Assembly (NCBI RefSeq): GCF_009914755.1
Contig: NC_060936.1
DNA length: 64,000 nucleotides
Origin: the human T2T-CHM13v2.0 reference genome, Homo sapiens
Reading direction: 5' to 3' (one strand)
The first letter of the stretch is position 1. Each line of letters begins with the position of its first letter. Of this stretch, positions 45,261 through 59,659 are shown piece after piece. The notes beneath the pieces are model-generated. The model saw only the letters and a list, made by a program, of their open reading frames with translations. It was not told the origin of the DNA and did not search any database. A program made the translations under genes and the position numbers.

Positions 45261-45445
45261 TGACAGAAAGATTGAGAGCTTAGGTGATGGGTGCCAGAGC
45301 TACTCTCTGCCAACCTCCCCACCAACACCAGCATCACTCACTAGCAGTGAGGGGCCTTGTGTGTCACCACGGATTTCCGCCATGTTGGTCAAATCATCTC
45401 TTCTGAAAGCCTCCCCTGTAAAGGTATACCTCAAACTTCTATTAG

Positions 45446-45819
<374 letters not shown>

Positions 45820-46415
45820 TAAATTCTAATAATTGGATTCTAAAGAAAATCAGAACTCGTTCACTATGTGACTAATGTACTTCATTTATGGAGTGCATTC
45901 CTGTGAGATTTGTTGTCATTATTCTCCCCCTCTTTAAGCATTGTAAAAAAAATCTGTTTGTATGTCAATAACCCATGTGATTCATGAAATCATATTCTGA
46001 TCCTCTTGTTTTAACCACACAAAGTAGTGGCTTGCTAGCATTATTTATATCCCAATGTGCCCTAGACATTTCAATCAAGCAGAGATGTTTGGATCAGCAT
46101 GGTATAAGTACACGTGTTCTCAAATTTATTTTCACTGTTGCTTCCTATAATTAACTACTGACATAATTTCAAATAGCTAATAGTTGCTTAATATGTAGAA
46201 ATAACTGAATACAACTCATCTCTGCTCTATTTTTTAAATGTATTTTTAGTGTGTATTTTATTTTCTTGATTATAAATGTAACAACTGTTCATGTAGAATT
46301 TTTGTTAATTAGGATTAGTTTGCCATGCTGATTTTTAAAACATTTTTTCCCACTTAATGTGGTGGGTCTGTTATAGAATTGTTTCTAATTTAATATTCAA
46401 ATTTTTATGAAAATA

Positions 46416-46719
<304 letters not shown>

Positions 46720-46845
46720 TTAATGAAAATAATACATTTATGCAGATTAAAATAGTCAAATACTATGATTAGGTTTATAGTGAAAAATAGCAGTCCTCTT
46801 TACTCTTCCTCCCATTCTAATTCCCATTCTTCCACAGATAACTGC

Positions 46846-47211
46846 TGTTTTAGTCTATTCAAACTGCTCTAACAAAGTACCTTCGACTGGATAATTTATA
46901 AACAACAGAAATGTATTGCACAGTTCTGGAGGCTGGAGAGTCCAAGCTCAGGGTGCTGGCAGACTCAGCATCTGGTGAGGGTCCATTTCCTCATAGATGG
47001 CACCTTCTAGCTCCGCCCTCACTTAGTGGAAGGGCAAAGAGGGAAACAAGCTCCCTCACACCACTTTTATAAGGGCACTAATTACATTCACTAGGGCTCT
47101 GCCTTCGTGACCTAACCACCTCCCAAAGATCCCACCTCTTAATATCAACACATTGGAGATTAGATTTCAACATATGAATTTTGGAGGGACACAAATATTC
47201 AGACCATAGCA
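46846..47211 (-). mobile_element. MSTD-type LTR
   Basis: TGTTTTAGTCTATTC...GGATAATTTATAAACAACAGAAATG...ATTCAGACCATAGCA. Confidence 0.78.
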
Positions 47212-48131
47212 ACCACTTTGGAAATATCTTAGCTATTTTGGTGGTATATACCTTGGTAATCTGAAATAACACGTGAATACTGCTGTTTTCTGTTTTGTAT
47301 TGTTGTTTTTAAAATTTCAGTATCTGCTTTGACATGCTGGTTTCTATGGGAGCCCTTCATTTCCCTGGTCTTATGTTTCCACTTGGGGCAATGTTAGCAA
47401 AAATAACTCTTTGGGCCTCTCTCTCCATTTCTCACTCCCTCCTCCAGGAAGAAGGGACTTACTTGGCTAGTGAGCAGGCCTGCCTCAGCCTCTTCTTTCT
47501 CTTGGATGAACCTGCCTGAGGCAAGGTGCCTTCAATTTGGCTCTCCCATTTGGTGAGCATATTGAGGCAGTGTCTGTTCTGTGCAATAGGTTAGTGATGA
47601 AGGGGCTAAGTCTGCTTAACTCATAGTTGAAATATTAGGAAGATCACACTCTGTGCTCCAACCCAGCATTTGTTTGACAGAAGCTATTAATGCTCCCCTC
47701 CCAGGCCCCCACCTACCTCTAACTGTAAGCTCACCTGCTGTGGTGTGACAGCTTCCACCCTGCTGACAGCCTCCCACCTTAAGCTCTAGCATCTCTTTAC
47801 TTCACCACAGCAGGGCTTTCTTTGGCCCGACAGGAGCTCTTAGTTGTATAAGCAGAATGAGAAATGCAGAGGCGTTTGCGTACGCCATCTTCAACAAGTC
47901 GACCAGCCTCCCTGTCCTCTGGTGGGACAATGCAAAGGCGTGTTCCACCCTGTTTCTCAGAAGGTCTCCAGTGGGACTGAGCTCACTGACACATTCTTAA
48001 TGGCTTTTCTCCTTTTCCAGTCTCTCTTTCCCATACCCTCACTCCACTTCCTAGAATCACTTCCCCCAAAACCTTCCCACACCCAAACCTTGAAGCTGAT
48101 ATTTTGATCTTTATCCATCTGACTCTTATTA

Positions 48132-48476
<345 letters not shown>

Positions 48477-49136
48477 AAAGATGAGGATTTAAGTCTGTTT
48501 CTCTCCCCACACTCTCCACTTACATACATGCGTGCTTTTCCAATCTGCATGCCTCAAATATAGTTATACAATCAGTATTGAATTAAATTAGTATTAAATA
48601 ATTACATGATTATGACCATAAGTACATATCTGATCCACATATATACTACCTTAAACTTCCTGCATCAACTTTTGTCTATAAAACCCCTCTGACATGGCCA
48701 AATACATCTGACCATCTATCAGTCCCATTTTTTCTTGGCGTTGTTGCTCCTGCCTCCTGCTCCAGCCTGGCCTGGTTGCTGTCCGACCTGCTACCCAGAT
48801 TCTGACCTTTGCCACCATCATGGGATGTCCCCTGGCCTCCTCTGGTGCTGGATATCCATTTTCCTCTTTCTCAGTTTACTCTCTTATTTTAGTGGAGCCC
48901 AATAACTCCCAGGAGCTTTCTGAGAAGCAGATATGGAAGGTAAATTATTTGAGTCCTTGCTTGTCTGAAAAAATCTTTAGCTTTTTACTTTATGTAGAGT
49001 TTAAGCAGACAGAGAATTTTACTTAGAAATCATCTTCTTTTAGAATTTGGAAGTTTTAATCAATTATCATCTAGTTTCCAGTGGTTGCTACTAGGAATTT
49101 TGATCCCATTTTGATTCCTGATACTTTGTGACCTTG

Positions 49137-49581
49137 CTTTGCTTTTCTCTTTCTTTCCTTCTTTCCTTTTCTTTTCCCTCCCTCTCTCTCTTCTTTCTTT
49201 CCCTTTCTTTCTTTCTTTTCTTTCTTTCTTTCTTTCCTTTTCTTTCTTTCTCTCTGTCTTTCTTTCTTTTCTTCTTTCTCACTTTCCTTCTTTTTTTTTT
49301 TTTGACAGGGTCTCACTCTGTCCCCCAGGCTAGAGTGCAGTGTCAAGATCTCAGCTCACTGCAGCCTTGACCTCCTGGGCTCAAGCAATCCTTCCACCTC
49401 AGCCTCCCGAGTAGCTGAGACTACAGGCATGTGCCACCATTCCTAGTTAATTTTGTATTATTTGTAGAGATGGGGTCTCCCTGTGTTGCCCAGGCTGGTC
49501 TCAAACCCCTGGGCTCAAGCAATCTGCCTGCCTCAGCCTCCCAAAGTGTTGGGATTACAGGCGTGAGCCACTGTGCCCAGA
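49137..49581 (-). mobile_element. AluJ with about 165-bp (TTTC/TC)n polypyrimidine tail
   Basis: Alu at 49290-49581. Pyrimidine tract at 49137-49302. Confidence 0.9.
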
Positions 49582-49849
49582 CTAATTTTTCCTTTCAAGG
49601 AGTTTTCATAGATATGTCTTTTAAAATCTTTTGTCTTTTGAAATTTCATGATGTTGTTCTTTGGTTTAGTTTTTTGACCGGACTGTAACTGAAATGTTTT
49701 CATCAGAAAACTCAGGTCCTTAAATTCTGGGAAATTGGTTTGTACGTCTCTAATGCTCTTCCTTACATATTGCATCTGTTTGTCTTGTTTGTGTGTGTGC
49801 GTGTTTTGTTTTCTTGTCTTGTTCGTGTGTGTGTGTGTGTGTTGTGTGT

Positions 49850-50131
49850 TTTGGGTTTTTTTTGTTTGTTTGTTTTTAAGACAGGGTCTCACTCTGTTGC
49901 CCAGGCTGAAGTGTAATGGTGCAATCATAGTTCACTGCAGCCTCAAACCTCTGGGCTCAAGGAATCCTCCTGCCTCAGCCTCCTGAGTAGCTGGGACTCT
50001 AGGTGTGCACCACCATGCCTGGCTTATTTTGCTATGTTGCCCAGGCTGGTCTTGAACTCCTGGCCGCAAGTGATCTGCCCCCTTGGCCTCCCAAAGTGCT
50101 GGGATGACAGGCATGAGTCACTGCATCTGGC
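49850..50131 (-). mobile_element. AluJ with linker deletion; adjacent TG-rich simple repeat 49775-49875
   Basis: AGACAGGGTCTCACTCTG...GGCTTATTTTGCTATGTTGCCCAGG. Confidence 0.88.
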
Positions 50132-50704
50132 ATCTGTTTATCTTTTTGTTCTTTCTGGGAAATACACTTGACCGTATATTCAAGCTTCCTTTTGATTTTT
50201 CATTTCTACCATCTTATTTTTTAATGTTGAAGACCTTTAGACTATTCTCTAAATATTCCTTTAAAAATAGTGTTCCTGAGATCACAGCCTTTCTGATACA
50301 ACCATTTGAGAGAACAAATTTCCACTTTTCTGTCAGGGGAGGGAACGGGTAGCCACGTAGAGAGGGATGAAGAGATGGGGAAGTGGGTCATCTCCCTACT
50401 CCTTTTCAAGATTTTTAACCAATCCTTCTGTTTTAGGCCCAATTGTATCCCTACCTGAGCTCTTCTGTGATTCTACAGTTTGCTTCTTATTAGTCCTTTC
50501 CATGCAGCCCTCCTTTACTCTGACCTTTTCTCCCCCAATGCAGACTTAAATTTCAATTCTCTGGTCTGCTAAATCAATTACTACTCATACATATGTTTCT
50601 AGGAGGTAGAATATTTTTACCATAGAATTGTAAGATGATTGACATATACTTCCAACTACCTCTCTAATAACGGCATGACATTTGCATAGTGTGTTGTAGT
50701 TTCT

Positions 50705-51021
50705 TTTTTTCTTTTTTCTTTTTTTTTTTTTTTTTTGAGACGGAGTCTCGCTCTGCTCTGTCGCCCAGGCTGGAGTGCAGTGGCACAATCTCCGCTCACT
50801 GCCAGCTCCGCCTCCCGGGTTCACGCCATTCTTCTGCTCAGCCTCCCGAGTAGCTGGGACTACAGGCGCCTGCCACCATGCCCGGCTAATTTTTTGTATT
50901 TTTGGTAGAGACAGGGTTTCACCATGTTAGCCAGGATGGTCTTGATCTCCTGACCTCGTGATCCACCCGCCTCGGCCTCCCAAAATGCTGGGACTACAGG
51001 CGTGAGCCACCGCGCCCAGCC
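50705..51021 (-). mobile_element. AluY
   Basis: GGGTTCACGCCATTC and TTAGCCAGGATGGTCTTGATCTCCTGACCTCGTG. TSD TGTTGTAGTTTCT. Confidence 0.95.
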
Positions 51022-51697
51022 TGTATGTTGTAGTTTCTGTAGTACTCTCACATATATGCTCCCATGTCATCCTTCCATCAGTTTGGTGAAAAAGGGTTTA
51101 TTATTCCCATTATGCAGGCTCATTTAGCACTTAAAGCAAGATAGTGATTGCTGAATGCCAACCACTAATAAGCCAGCCTTACAGATGATAATTTGTTTAA
51201 TCCTCAAAACAACTTTTTACGGTAGGAAGTATTACTATCGCCATCTTATAGTTGGGAAAATTGAGGCACAGAGGTATAGTAATTTACCCAAGTTCCATTA
51301 GCTAGTACATAGTGAAGCTGAGGCTTGGCAGTCTACCTCTAAAGTCCATGATCTTAAATCGTATTTTATGTTGCAAATAAAATGTTAAATAACAGACTCA
51401 AAAAAAGTAATTTTCTAGAGTCAGACAGGAGATAAAGGGTTAGAACAAGTACTTGAGCCAGTGTTTTTGACTCCCTGCCTAAAATGCTCTCCAAATTACC
51501 ATTCAAGGTGGTTGTCAACATTGAAATTTATAGCAGAGCAGTGAGACACCTCAGAGACATAAGTTGCTAGGGATTCTGCTCTTCTTATAGAGCTGTGATA
51601 AATGCACTTGGTATGTAAATATTTGATTCTATCTACAACTGGTTTCTTAGAATGGATTTTTAGAAGCTGTATTACTGGATGAAAAATACATGAGGTT

Positions 51698-52176
<479 letters not shown>

Positions 52177-52757
52177 GGAGGAAATAAAATATACCAGAAC
52201 AAATACTAAAATATTTCTCTGGCTTACAGAAAAGGTTTTCTTCTTAATTCTGTTTATCTAAAGATTTGTAAGAGAAGTAAAAATGATACAGTGAACATAA
52301 AACCAACCAACCTAAGATTTCCCCTTTTTCTTCTAGCAGAATCCAGTATTCATGGTCTATATTACTTTTAAATAAGAGAGGAAATTGCTATAAAATGCTT
52401 TTTACTATAATAATTCCTACCAAGTCCTATAAAACTTCTGGACTTCTGCACCACTGACAGAGTTATTAAGTAAAGCCCAGAGTTTATTGATGAAACAATG
52501 CTTTAGCAAAACAGCCACTGGCAGCTTAAGTAAAAGGGAGTAAGCACTTGACTTACAAAATTTACCTGAATAATTTCTGGCTGTTTTATAAATAAATAAA
52601 TAAATAAATGGATTTTCCTAAAAGGAGAGTTCTAAAAGGAGAGTTTCTAAGGAGAATATTGCTCACAGGTGAATTCCACTTTTCAGAAACAGTGAACAAT
52701 TTGAACCTGGCTACTGAGGTCCAAATTTCCTCGCACCCCCAGTGATTTAGTCTACTG

Positions 52758-54288
52758 GCAGGGTGGGAGTTTCCCAGGCACAACTGCAGCTGCCCAAGCT
52801 GCAGCTGCAACCCAGGCACCCCTGTGCTCTTGAGAGCCAGGAGCAGGCAGGAGTCCTGCCCTCCCAGGTGCAGCTGCAGCTGCAGCTGCTCAAGCCCTGG
52901 CTGTGGACCCAGGCATCTCTGCACTCTCAGGGCTCCGGGAAGGTCCCCCAATCCCCTGCAGGCTTGGAAGTGCCTGCTCCCACTGCTTGTCTTCTCTCTG
53001 CTCTCAGCACCCAATCCGGTCATGGAGCAAAGTTGAGGCTGAGCCTGGGCACTGTTGCAATCTGGCCGGGTGTGCACATGCTCAGGGCAGTGCTGACATG
53101 CCAGCCCCCTGCCGCTTTGGGCCCCTCTGGACTTTGGGTGCCAGTGATCACAGGAGAGAGGCTGGGGGGGTGCTGAGGGCAGCTCTGCGCTGGCCTGCAG
53201 GTGCCCCTTTGCACAAACAGCCTGGGCATCATGAATGGCGGCAAGAGGCAGACAGGCTCCTGGGCAGAAGGGGGCGGGTCCCTGGTGAAGCCCCACCTTC
53301 AAGCTGGGGAGGGCCTGTGCCTGGGGGATGAGCTGCTGGTCCCATGGACCAGAGTGGAAACTTGTGATGCCTTTTCCGGGCCTGCCCGTGGTTGCTCATG
53401 GACCAATCAGTGTGCACTTCCTCTCTCTGAGGCCCATAAAAGCTCTGGACTGAGCCAGACTAGAGGGATGACAGGACCACCAGCTGCAGAGAGAAGCTAC
53501 CCCCTCTGCTGAGAGCTGAACACTTGTCAAGATGCCCTGCCTGCAGAGAGGAGCTACCCTCTCTGCTAAGAGCTGAACACTCACTGGGACACCCTGGCTA
53601 TGGAGAGGGGCTGCCCACTTTGGGTCTCCTCCGAGCTGCTCTATTGCTCAATAAAGCTCCTCTTCATCTTGCTCACCCTCCACTTGTCTGTGTACCTCAT
53701 TCTTCCTGGACACAGGACAAGAACTTGGGACCCCCTGAATGGTGGGGCTAAAAGAGCTGTAACACAAACAGGGCTGAAACACACCCCTTACTCACCACAT
53801 TGAGGGCAACCAGAAGAGAGGAGAGAAGAGCTGCAACCCTTCAGGGAGCCCAGACCTAGGAAATCCCCAAGCCAGGGCTATGACACCCTCTTTAGGGCTC
53901 TGCAGTTCCTGGTGTCTCCAAGCTTTTAGGCACCACCACATTCCCCAATGTGAGCTGTGGAAGCTGCTTATGGTACACCTGTTCTAGCTGCAGCCTGGCA
54001 GGGAGCCTACACCCATGCTAGCACCTGGAGCTGCTCGCCCCAACGCAGCCAGCATGACTGGTCATGTGCAGTGGTCAGACCCCACACTCGCTCACACACC
54101 CTTTGCTGCTCCATGCCTGGCTTGGCCTTGGCATGCATGGGATCCAGACCAGCAGCATGAGCCTAGTGCAGCCTGCTAGGCCAAGTGGGCAGAATGAGTC
54201 CAGTGGGCCAGAGCAAAACTCAGGCAAAGGTGCCACCAGCCATAGAGGTTTCTGGCTGGTGAAGCAACACCCCAAGGATCCCTTAACA
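52758..54288 (+). mobile_element. MER52A-type LTR (ERV1), 5' part missing
   Basis: GC-rich CAGCTGCAG repeats, GGACCAATCAG, CCCATAAAA, CTCAATAAAGCTCC, ending CACCCCAAGGATCCCTTAACA. Accounts for all ORFs in 52586-54294. Confidence 0.85.
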
Positions 54289-54952
54289 ATATGATTACTG
54301 AAAACTACCCCTTTTAAATACCAAGAGAAAGATGTGAGTGATTCAGGTGACTTCTCAAGAGAAATGTCAAAAATAAATATTTTGTTTGTATCTTTGAACT
54401 TAGCAAGTCATAAATCTCAGCTTGTGAATTGCTATCTTAGAGTATACTGTAGGACAGAGAAACTTTAGCAATACTCAAAGCAGCAGTTGAAAATGCTTCC
54501 CTGAGAGTGGGTGGTTCTGGTTGCTTCCTTGGAGTACATTGTCAGCGACCAACCATGAAAGAAAAGTCTTTAGAGATTAAACATAATAATATGAATTTTT
54601 TTTAAAAGACAGCAGAAGCAGAACAAGTTAGCTCTGAGTCAAACTGACAGGGATAGATACTGTCAAGTCTTGTTCTTTTATTTTATTATTTTACTCATCC
54701 TCATTTAACAGATGGGAAAACAGAGACACTAAGAGGTTGAATAGCTTGCCCAAGGCTACACAACTGCAAACTGGATTTGAACCCAGATGGTCTGACTCCA
54801 GAGCTCATGCTGGTAACAACTGTGTTATGCTGTGCCCAGACCTGGTACTAGCAATTTGTTTTAGTAATAAAGGCAGTTTCATTTAGTGCTAGTAATAAAG
54901 GCAGTTCCATTATTACCTTTGAGCAGTCACTGTCTTGTTAGGGAGAGAAATC

Positions 54953-55139
<187 letters not shown>

Positions 55140-55889
55140 TAAGTAATAGTTAAGTAATACTATTACTTAACTCAAACGTTGTGAGGATGAAATTAGTTAA
55201 TTCATGTAAAATGCTTAGAATATCACTATCCTTCATAACTTTACATATATACTTGACATATATTATCTTTTGAAGTTCTAAAAACCACTTTATAAATACT
55301 TACTTATAAGTACTTGCCTTGTAAGTACTTATAAGTAAATATTATTAACTCCATTTTACAGATGAAAATATCTAAACTTTGGGGCCTGAAACACCTTCAT
55401 TTGAATTTTACCTCTTAGATGTTTTTCTTTTTCAAGTTAAAAAATAATAATAATCCTGAGCTGACATTCAGAAGAATATGCCTACCTCCTATGCTGACTG
55501 TTAGAGTTGAATGAGTCAAGGAATGTAAAGCACCTTGCTCCATGCCTGGTGAATGTTAGCAGGACTGCAGCTTTGTCCATCTCTAGAAAGCTTTGTTCAC
55601 ATTATAATGTATATAAATGGAGCCCCAATTTCCTTCCTGATGCAATAATCCTAATTCAATCATATTTACTTCTTTTGAATACTTTAGTAATGAAAAACTT
55701 ACTTTACTAAGTGGCCTATTATTTTTGAGGATTTTTAATTGTTAGGAAGTTCTTCATTGTGGTGAACTGAAGTCTGCCCTCTTATAACATGGACCCACTG
55801 AGATGAGCTCTACTCCTTTCAAAGGCACAGAAGGAGTCTTATGCAGGGTCCTTACAGTCCTTACACAGGGCGGGTGATGGGGAGGCATA

Positions 55890-56395
55890 GGCCAAGAATA
55901 TCTATGGATACATTTCAAGGGTCTATGAATTTAGATGGGGAAAATATACAACATCCTCATTTTCACTCATCTCTAAATTTAGATTTCCTTCAATTATTGA
56001 GTGGAGGCAACAAATCACAGTAGCATTAATAGTCTCTATGACTTTGTCAGTTACAGGAATCACAGATATTTCTGTATCATATTCCTGTTGTCCTAAAAAT
56101 CTTAAAATCTCATTTATTCAGGGTAACCGCAATTTCTGAAGTTTTTAGGCCTGCCGCTACACCTTATTATTTGCATTAATAAAAAACATACATGTTGCTA
56201 TAGCACAAGCTTGTTTAAAAAAAAATTTCAAGGACTGTCTTTCAACATAATTGGTTTCTTTGTAATCCTATGCATTATAGTTTCTACATTTAAAAACATT
56301 ATTAGAATAATGTTTCTATGGAATATGGAAAGGGTCCATAAGCTTCTCTGGATCACCAAGGGGTCCATGGCATAAAAAACTTTTAGAAACTCTAG
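55890..56395. mobile_element. hAT-Charlie remnant (Charlie4-like)
   Basis: GGGTCTATGAATTTAGATGGGGAAAA...TTGGTTTCTTTGTAATCCTATG...GGGTCCATGGCATAAAAAACTTTTAGAAACTCT. Confidence 0.55.
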
Positions 56396-57588
56396 TCTAA
56401 TTTCTTATGTATAAGTCAGGCCTTCAAATATTTGAAAACAGCTTTCTCTTTTTCAGAAAAAAAGGTCCCTGGTATCCTATTTCAGGACAATATTTTTCAG
56501 GAAGCTGCAGCCTGGGAAGGGCCAGCCCAGGAATGAGATCCTCCTGCTGGGGAGATGGAGCCGGCATCACAGGACCAGAGCCAGCTGCCCATGCGGGCAG
56601 CAATACCGTTCTGCAGCAATGCATGATGGTGGAGGGAAGGCTAACAAAAATAGGTGGTATTTCAAGAAAGTAGTCCATGTGCCTGGGTGTGCATGGTTGG
56701 GGCGGGGGCCGGTAGTGGTGAATGCGATAGTAAGAGAAATTAGCAGAGTCCCATTTAGTGGACAGAGCTCAGAAGCAGAACAGAAATCCCGGGTGTTAGG
56801 CATTATGCTAGGCAATTTATAGACATTAGTGGTTTTATCCTCAAAGTAAAGCAGTGTGGTGAATATTATTTCACCTAGTCTCTTTCTGAGCTACCCAAAG
56901 TTTAGAAAAAGTTAATTTACCCAAGTTTATCCAGATGTCTAGAAAACTAGGCAAAGAGCTGGAAAGCTTTTGAGGATATTTGGGTAACTAGTGAGCATGC
57001 TCTGGGGTGTAGTGAGAGGGTTTTTAGCTATATGGGGTTGGGGTTGGGGTTCACAAGAGCCAAGAAAGACCTTCCTCCTAAAGTGACTTGGGGAATTAAC
57101 AAGATACAGAGAAGCACTCCAGTACAGAAACAAAGCAGAAACCACGTATCAGAACCGGTACCTAAAATGGCGCACGAGTCTTTAGAACAAGGGGAAGCGT
57201 ACAGTCACCCTTTCACCTCTATGCCTTTGCTCATGGCATTCCTTCTGCCTTATTCATATGACTTCCTCCCCTATGACAGCCAAAGGCCACCCCTTCCTCC
57301 TTTAGACAGACCAAATGCCTGTCAATTGATCATCTGTCTCTGGGGACTTCATCTGATTTATAATACTCTTTTTTGCCTTTCAGTTAGATCATTTCCCCTC
57401 TCAACCTGGTGTTATTTAACAAAGGCATGCAGAATCAAAGTGTCAGCTTACCTACAGAAACACGATTAAATGGTTTTAGTAAGAGTGCCAATAAGTGTAT
57501 CTCTAAATGGATCTTTATTCATTTCAGGAAAAATACTGGTATTTAATCTAAAATATTTAACAGAGTTTTTTAAAAAGATGAATGTTTC

Positions 57589-57766
57589 TTAGGAGATATA
57601 CCTAATGCTAAATGACAAGTTAATGGGTGCAGCACACCAGCATGGCACATGTATACATATGTAACTAACCTGCACATTGTGCACATGTACCCTAAAACTT
57701 AAAGTATAATAATAATAAAATAAAAAATAAAATTAAATAAATAAATAACAATCTAGAACTAGAAAA
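57589..57766 (+). mobile_element. Severely 5'-truncated young L1 (L1PA2/L1PA3-like 3' UTR end)
   Basis: TTAGGAGATATACCTAATGCTAAATGAC...GTAACTAACCTGCACATTGTGCACATGTACCCTAAAACTTAAAGTATAAT plus A-tail. Perfect 17-bp TSD AAAAAGATGAATGTTTC at 57572-57588 and 57767-57783. Confidence 0.95.
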
Positions 57767-59617
57767 AAAAAGATGAATGTTTCATCATGTACTTTCCCCT
57801 CAAGTCTTATAAAACCCATTTGTGCAAGTATTGCTTAAAAATATTGTTTATGCAAAAGATTTATTGGGTGTGCATCATCAATGAGCCTGAAATGGTATAT
57901 AAAAGATAGGATGCATTTTACTATTGGTGTTTGGATGCACCATAATATTGACAGAATTGATTTCAATTCAAGAAGCACTTATTGGACAAATGCTATTAAC
58001 AGAAGCTACTCTGGGAGATTAATCATTGAAGAAGATATACTCTCTGCTTTCAAAGAACATTTCATTTAATGGCAGGGACTGAAATAATACACGAATGCTT
58101 ATGGAGAGTTAAACAAAATGTAGCAATAGCAATATCTTCTTTCCTGCCAGAAGTAATCCTTGGAGAACAGGATTTGTCTTTTTCTTCCTTCCCTCACTCC
58201 TCCTTCATTTTCTTAATTCTTTAAATCATTCATAACATCTAACATACATGCTTCTTATAAGAGATTTCTAATAAATTTCAGGTAAATATTTGATTTCAAG
58301 TATTCTCAAAGTAAACCAGTGTGGTGAATATTATTTTTCCTATTCTCTTTCTGAGCTACCCAACATTTCAGTTTTGTAGGCTTCTGTATTTTGGCAGTAT
58401 ATAATGTGGGTCTAGGTGAATGCTATGAGTAATTCTTGCAAGTCACTAATTGATTATTTGCTTTTTCCAATTAAAAGACTATCCTTTTAACAATCTCTTG
58501 CATTATTATTATTAGATCAGCTTTTACTACAGGCAATATGAGTGTTACAAGTCAGATTGATTTCTCTGAGACTTCGTTTCTCTTATTTTAACACAGAAGG
58601 AATATTTTATTGTATGCATACTCTTTTAAAAACTCACAAAAACCAAACCCACAGGTAGAAGCAAAGAAAGTCTTCCAGCATCTCTGGGATAGGGCATCAT
58701 ATCTTACAGAAACATAAATAATACAAGAATGAAATTTACAAATTAACATTACCCTTTGCTTCTCCAGTCAAAAAAGGCTATAGAAAAAAACACTTCAAAT
58801 TGTATTCTAATATAAATTTGTTACACAATCCAACTTCAATTTACTCAAAGAGTTATTTTATTGTAAACTGCAGAAAATAGAGTAGGCATCTAATAATCTG
58901 TTCATAATTAACAGTTAAGAGTTAGACAAATAAATATAGCATGTATTACTTGTTAAACCTCATATTTATAATGAGCAAATGGTTTATCATTAATAGTAAC
59001 TGGTTTCTTACATTTTAGGAGAGACCAGATCCAGTAATGGAAGTAGAAACTACTTTAATGAAAACTGATTTTAGAAAAATATTTCCATGGGTCTGAGCTA
59101 CTATAGTATTTATTACATATTTGGGTCCATTTCAACAGTTTAAAAATGTAGATGCTAACAAACTGAATTTTTTAGGGAGAGAACAAAGTAATACATCCTA
59201 TAGAAATATTTTTTGTTTACATCCTGTAGGAGTCTAGGTAGCAGGACAGAGCTAGGACACGGTAAATAGAGAATTACAATGTAATGAATAATTAGCTTCT
59301 ACCTAAGGCTATAGAGGTATTGCTATCACTTGGACTAATAAAAGGCAATTTAAAAACTGTTTATAATGAAGAATTGTGAGCCTAAGTTTCAATGTCAATG
59401 ACATTGTTGGGATAGATGATCTCCAAGGTCTCAAACAGTTCTAACATTTCTGTGCTTCCTTGACACCTATCAGAAGAGACCCCATTTTCTTTATGTAACC
59501 CATCACTTAGTTTCGTAATGGTGATTTGGTTCTATAATAGTCACAAGACCTGTGTAAGGAAGATGTCAAGATGTTTTAAGAAGAACCCTATTATAATATG
59601 GTTTAACATTAAGAAAA

Positions 59618-59620
<3 letters not shown>

Positions 59621-59656
<36 letters not shown>
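59621..59656. repeat. (TG)18 microsatellite
   Basis: Uninterrupted TG dinucleotide run. Confidence 0.97.

Positions 59657-59659
<3 letters not shown>

Larger units (their letters stand above)
48550..50600 (-). mobile_element. Old HAL1/L1M-type LINE remnant interrupted by Alus
   Basis: GGAAGGTAAATTATTTGAGTCCTTGCTTGTCTGAAAA, CTTTTAGAATTTGGAAG, TGAAATTTCATGATG, TTAAATTCTGGGAAATT. Confidence 0.5.

Noticed and set aside
49071-49370. Lys/Arg/Glu-rich and Phe/Ser/Leu-rich ORFs (also 34904-35354)
   Set aside because: Translations of Alu-tail purine/pyrimidine microsatellites, not charged or membrane proteins.
52586-53302. 238-aa ORF (longest in window) and overlapping ORFs
   Set aside because: Almost entirely within the GC-rich MER52A LTR, which is stop-poor in all frames. 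No domain resemblance.
57034-57050. GGGGTT repeats as telomere-like sequence
   Set aside because: Only three G-runs and not TTAGGG, so likely chance.
57032-57469. 145-aa ORF
   Set aside because: Non-ATG start, overlaps decayed L2-like sequence, and shows no recognisable homology.
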